A stretch of 64,000 bases of DNA from Octopus vulgaris. Lineage: Eukaryota. Within the stretch, counting starts at the first letter, position 1, and the number at the start of each line of letters is the position of its first letter. The stretch covers positions 114,328,001-114,392,000 of the forward strand of contig OX597819.1 in assembly GCA_951406725.2 (NCBI GenBank). Reading direction: 5' to 3'. The notes below the pieces were generated by a model. That model did not search any database. It saw only the letters and a list, made by a program, of their open reading frames with translations, and was not told the DNA's origin. The position numbers and the translations under genes are program-made. This document shows, piece by piece, positions 60,601 through 64,000 of the stretch.

Positions 60601-63600
60601 TTTAGTTCTAGCTTAATTGTGAAAGAGCAGACCTATGACCCAAGGCATTCCAGCTATGGTAGCCTTGTCATATATTTATATACTGTGTATCTAGGACTAC
60701 CTTTAATCAAAGGCATTGATCATTGATCATAGCTATGGTAATCCTGTTGTATATTTATATACTGTGTATCTAAGACTATCTTATGTGACCTTCCATTTTC
60801 AAGGATTCTAAGGTATAGTTTGAGGAAACTTTGGCAGCTATTTCTAGCAGATTGAGTGGCTATGTGACAATTACCTCAGCTCAAACAGCTTTGAGTTGTT
60901 GCATTTGTTGTTTAGTGCCAGAAGAGCCCACTTTCTAGTTTTACCAAGAACAGCTCTTACTGAGAACTGAATTGGAGTTACAGACTTGGCTTATTTGGAG
61001 CCTACTTACCCCTCACTTTTATATTGTGAGCTGGACACTCAATATGCTATTGTGAAGTTCTACAGATAAAACAGCTGTCAAAGAACAGGAGACAACTTCC
61101 ATGTTTCAATTGTGATCAATAAGTCTGAAGCAGATCGCAAAAGCAAATATCTTACTGAATCACCTTGCAAGTTTATCCTACTTCAGACCCTAAATCCGAA
61201 ATTCTAGCAGCAGCAGGTTGTTCCCTTTGGCCAGGTTCAACATAATTATCAAGACTCTAGCAATGTTATTTGCAAAAGACGAGTCTTATTTAGGGAATAT
61301 TTTTCTCACCTTTTTAATTTTCATCATTACAGTTTCCAGAAGGGTCAGGGGTATATTTTTATTATTAGATTTTCCAGAAGGGTTGGGGTAAGTACCTATA
61401 ATTTTTGCAGCCCTTTCCCACTCTTTAACCAATAGGTAAGAAGACCAGAGTTAAGCATAATATCAAAGAATTTTTCTGATTTGTGAAATGATGAGCTTTT
61501 AATGATAATGAAAATCTACAAATCTGTAAGTGTATCATGATAAAAAGAAATATAACTGTGATAGAAGCAACAGGGTGAGGGATAAGTTTATCATGCATCA
61601 GTCATTAACCAATAGGCACTAGAATACTACCAGGCAAGCTATCTTTAAATGTAATAATTTTTGATTGTTTGATTTTTGTTATTATTATTATTAGAGTCAG
61701 CAGAACATTGGACTAATGCCTTACAATATTTAGTCACTCCTTCATGCTCTATGTTCAAATTTCACTGGGATCAACTTTGATCTTCGTCTCTCCACAATTC
61801 ATAAAATAAGTACCATAATCCAATGAAGAATCCCCTATGCATTCACTTAAACTGCTAGAAATAGCAGTAAAATCTCCTTGAATTACAGTCTACTATCTTA
61901 GGAAAGGAAGGACACATTGGATAATGTAATCCTGTCTAAATAAAAGACAGGACGATCAAGGAAAGACAAAGTTGACCCCGGCAGGATTTGAACTTGGAAT
62001 GTAAAATGATAAATGAATACGTGCATGAGAATGAATGCATGTGTGCAAGTGATATGCATGTGTAGACAAGAGAACGTATATGTACATGAGTATGTGCATG
62101 TATGCACGCAAGTGAGAGCATGTGTAAGTGAATGCATGTGTACATAATGAGTGCACATATATATGTGAATGTCTGTGTGTATGTATCTATGTGTGTACAT
62201 GACTGAGTACATGTGTGAGTGCATGTGCACACAAGTAAGTGTATGTATGCGATGGTCTGCATGTGAGTGCATGAGTGTGTTTTTTATGTTTTAGTCTGAG
62301 TATGTACATGCTTCTGTGAGTATTTGAAGGTGCACACACAGATCTGAAGCTCAAGAGAAACTATGTTACTAATTCAAGCCAAACCAGACCAGATTAGTTG
62401 AATAGTAGAAGTAGTATTAGTAATAATAGAGATAACAGTTGTGCTAGAAACAGTATTAGTAGTAACGGTGACAGTGTATCTTGCAACAGTTAATGTGCTG
62501 TGAGTTCTATAAATTTTTTTTCCCTTAATATATATATATATATATATATGTACATATATATATTTCCTCTAGATGGTGAGGTGCTATTGTTCTGTTACTC
62601 ACGATGCCGATGGCTGCAGCGTGGTGCTAGCCTTGCGGAAATTGACTATAGAGGAACCAAGCAGGGACCATCTTGCATTCTGTTGCCTTAGAAAGTTATG
62701 TGAAACAGTACGGGTTAGGGAAGTTTTCCTATTGAGGTGGTTGTTAGATTTTAAGACAGACCTCGAACTTCCTGGAGAAGCAATATGTGTGTCTGATGAA
62801 CTTCGGCCATATGATGATTCTTCTTGCTGTGAAAATTAGAGCAGAAAAGAGTGCAAAATTTTAAAATAAATAGACTAAAAAATTTCAATTATAAAAAAAA
62901 AATTTTTGCAGTTAAATAAAACATTAAAAACAATAGTATCATTTCTTCCTCATTTTCCCAATGTCTCAAAGACTTCTTCAGTTTATATTTTGACTTGAAA
63001 CCACTCAAAGCAAGAATCATAGGATGCTTCAAGACAAAAGAATACAGGAAAGAGGGAAATGGCATTAATTATACAAAAAACTCTGCAGTATACTTGCAAA
63101 TAAATGACGACAATAAAATAACTGATAAAGATTTAAATGAAATTCAAGGTAATAAAAGAAGTGAAAAATAATTAATAACTAGTTAAATAATGAAATGTTA
63201 GTTTCAAATTTTGGCACAAGGCCAGCAATTTCGGGGGAGGTGGGGACTAGTTGATTACATTGACCATAGTGTTCAACTGGTACTTATTTTATCGACTCCA
63301 AAAGGAAAGGATGAAAGGCAAAGTCAACTTCAGTGCAATTTGAACTCAGAACATAAAGACGGGTGAAATGCTGCTAAGCATTTTGCCCGGCCAACATTCC
63401 AGTGTTAATTAAATGATAAAATACTGTAAACATAATTAAATGATAAAATACTGTAAACAAGACAACAATAAGGGAGCTAATAAAAGGAGAGTTCAAAAAC
63501 CAAATGAAGTAAAATAGAAGAAAATAAATTTCAACACTTACTAAAGATGATTGTGTTGGTGATTTAGTGGTCTTTGATTTTGAGACATCATGGTTTAATT

Positions 63601-63634
63601 CTTCAGAGGATACATTTTCTGCTTTACCATTTTC
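40744..63634 (-). CDS. C2-domain protein, C-terminal part, 5'-partial: complement(join(40744..40895,43476..43587,47253..47361,48631..48742,53870..53922,62603..62826,63542..63634))
   Basis: Seven GT-AG exons with compatible phases (0,2,1,2,0,1); 855 nt = 285 codons, no internal stop. The product is a Ser-rich linker followed by YSVSGTVVQGRHLMLLEGDVYCKVRL..GRSTTVKAQLEPQFNLNFEV..LLVFDMKKATKEHLASKAFTIRELLG..RKWLTL..IELEVEL (C2 strand pattern), ending KKPGIFRNFSFRKDKQH*. Family not recognised with certainty. Confidence 0.85.
42860..43355 (-). mobile_element. CR1-clade LINE RT remnant, in the last intron of the C2 gene
   Basis: FVAYINDID..KYTDDIKMY..LQSNLDAMQQW..WQLKLALDKC..MHF, then LRW.KHI.KIVKKA and LY...V.PHLEF in a shifted frame. 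Confidence 0.85.
43476..43587 (-). CDS. C2-domain gene exon: VDRGAGVSAEALLVFDMKKATKEHLASKAFTIRELLG
   Basis: ttcttcag acceptor, gtgagt donor, phase 0 to 1. Confidence 0.87.
44340..44737 (+). mobile_element. Non-autonomous Helitron
   Basis: 5' TC start (a|tctttatatataaaag), 3' GC-rich hairpin ccgagcaacgctggg followed by CTAG|t, inserted at an AT dinucleotide. Confidence 0.75.
45172..45580 (-). mobile_element. CORE-type SINE, same family as 26184-26560
   Basis: Reverse-complement match over the full length. Confidence 0.8.
47253..47361 (-). CDS. C2-domain gene exon: NHLSNARTKLRSSGRILGRSTTVKAQLEPQFNLNFE
   Basis: ctctgcag acceptor, gtaagt donor, phase 2 to 0. Contains the C2 'T.V....P.FN..F' motif. 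Confidence 0.88.
48631..48742 (-). CDS. C2-domain gene exon: DGSILSADKYYSVSGTVVQGRHLMLLEGDVYCKVRLQ(T)
   Basis: tttcag acceptor, gtatgt donor, phase 1 to 2. Contains the C2 'V..GR.L....D.YCKV.L' motif. Confidence 0.88.
49745..50658 (+). mobile_element. Highly degraded RTE LINE 3' portion
   Basis: ERRLHWYGSC.. / MDEDSCIKKC-like remnants at 49840-49910 and the family 3' end (catgccagcatggaaaa..gatgat) at ~50610-50658. Confidence 0.75.
53156..53405. repeat. ~250-bp spacerless palindrome; each arm carries a type I hammerhead-like motif (probable Penelope-like element terminus)
   Basis: Arms are reverse-complementary around 53280/53281. Minus arm: tgcat-CTGAAGA-t-ggtgg..ccacc-t-GAAA-tggtta-TA-atgca. 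Plus arm: tgtat-CCGAAGA..GAAA-cggctg-TA-gtgca. Confidence 0.75.
53870..53922 (-). CDS. C2-domain gene small exon: INSIGPACYPPEDGSSL
   Basis: tttag acceptor, gtatgt donor. Phase 2 to 1 exactly bridges the neighbouring exons. Confidence 0.65.
54580..54628. repeat. (AT)n microsatellite (others at ~10114-10142, 26147-26179, 32860-32897, 51146-51170, 53495-53530)
   Basis: Perfect dinucleotide run. Confidence 0.95.
56763..56984. mobile_element. piggyBac-like MITE
   Basis: TTAA-flanked ccctttt..aaaggg termini; same family as 2002-2205. Confidence 0.75.
58381..58820. mobile_element. Inverted-repeat element (~135-bp arms) with hammerhead-like cores enclosing a tRNA-derived Pol III head
   Basis: 58381-58517 is the reverse complement of 58687-58820. 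Each arm has gacac-CTGA(T/C)GA-a-stem II-GAAA..gtgtt. The centre (58623-58546, minus) has A box TGGCATAGTGG and B box GAGTTCGATTCC. Confidence 0.7.
62015..62340. repeat. Degenerate purine-pyrimidine (TGCA/TGTG/TGTA) low-complexity tract
   Basis: Alternating R/Y sequence, which accounts for the His/Thr-rich spurious ORFs here. Confidence 0.85.
62603..62826 (-). CDS. C2-domain gene exon, Ser/Arg-rich linker: QEESSYGRSSSDTHIASPGSS...RKASTTLQPSA
   Basis: ttttcacag acceptor, gtgagt donor, 224 nt open frame with raised GC. Reading through the donor gives an immediate TGA. Confidence 0.75.
63542..63634 (-). CDS. C2-domain gene exon: ENGKAENVSSEELNHDVSKSKTTKSPTQSSL
   Basis: ttttgaag acceptor, gtaagt donor, 93 nt, phase 0-0. 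Confidence 0.65.
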
Positions 63635-64000
63635 CTTCAAAAATAACAGGAATAAAAACCAAGACAATATTAAATTAGAAGAAAATTCTCTTTATCCTAT
63701 ACTCAGCATTTCTTTTATATAAGCCCAAAAAACTCACACAAAAAGTAAAAAAGAAAATTAAAATAAGGGTGCAGGTTGCTTGACTAGGAAACTTATTTTG
63801 CAGTCATGTGGTTTCATGTTTAAACCCACCACACTGCTCCTTAAATAAATATTTTCCACCACAGCTTGGGGTTTACCAATGTCCTGTGAGTAAAATTTGG
63901 CTGATGGAAATTGTGCAGGGGATCATAGTGTGTGTGTGTGTGTGTGCAGTACCATATTTGATGGCATACTGTTTCTTCTCCAAAAGTATGCCTCAATAAC

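Noticed and set aside
61172-61256. Possible extra minus-strand exon (SLDNYVEPGQREQPAAARISDLGSE)
   Set aside because: Weak acceptor and donor, and phase 0-0 does not fit the phase-2 intron. No independent support.
61898-62272. His/Thr/Cys-rich ORFs
   Set aside because: Translations of a degenerate purine-pyrimidine microsatellite.
62573-62839. Plus-strand 88-aa ORF
   Set aside because: Antisense shadow of the minus-strand exon 62603-62826, which has the proper splice signals.

Overview
AT-rich, repeat-dense eukaryotic (animal) genomic DNA. The SINE/RTE repertoire suggests a mollusc, probably an octopus (inference). The window holds two convergent, 5'-incomplete spliced genes that the ORF track mostly misses. 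(1) On +, a selenoprotein N (SELENON) orthologue: 7 GT-AG exons from 10515 to 26808, 442 aa visible. It has an in-frame TGA at 22401-22403 in the [14 protein letters not shown] motif, a 17-bp SRE-type hairpin starting 5 nt after the TGA, and a type II SECIS at ~27001-27074. (2) On -, a gene whose last 7 visible exons (63634 to 40744) encode a Ser-rich linker, a C-terminal C2 domain and a basic/aromatic tail. Introns and flanks contain two near-identical young RTE LINE copies (PHD-type zinc finger inside the RT, shared TGA), older RTE/CR1/mariner remnants, many tRNA-derived SINEs, MITEs, non-autonomous Helitrons and a 36-bp minisatellite. Several inverted-repeat elements carry type I hammerhead-like motifs, one of them attached to a tRNA-derived Pol III head. 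No prokaryotic features or CRISPR arrays.
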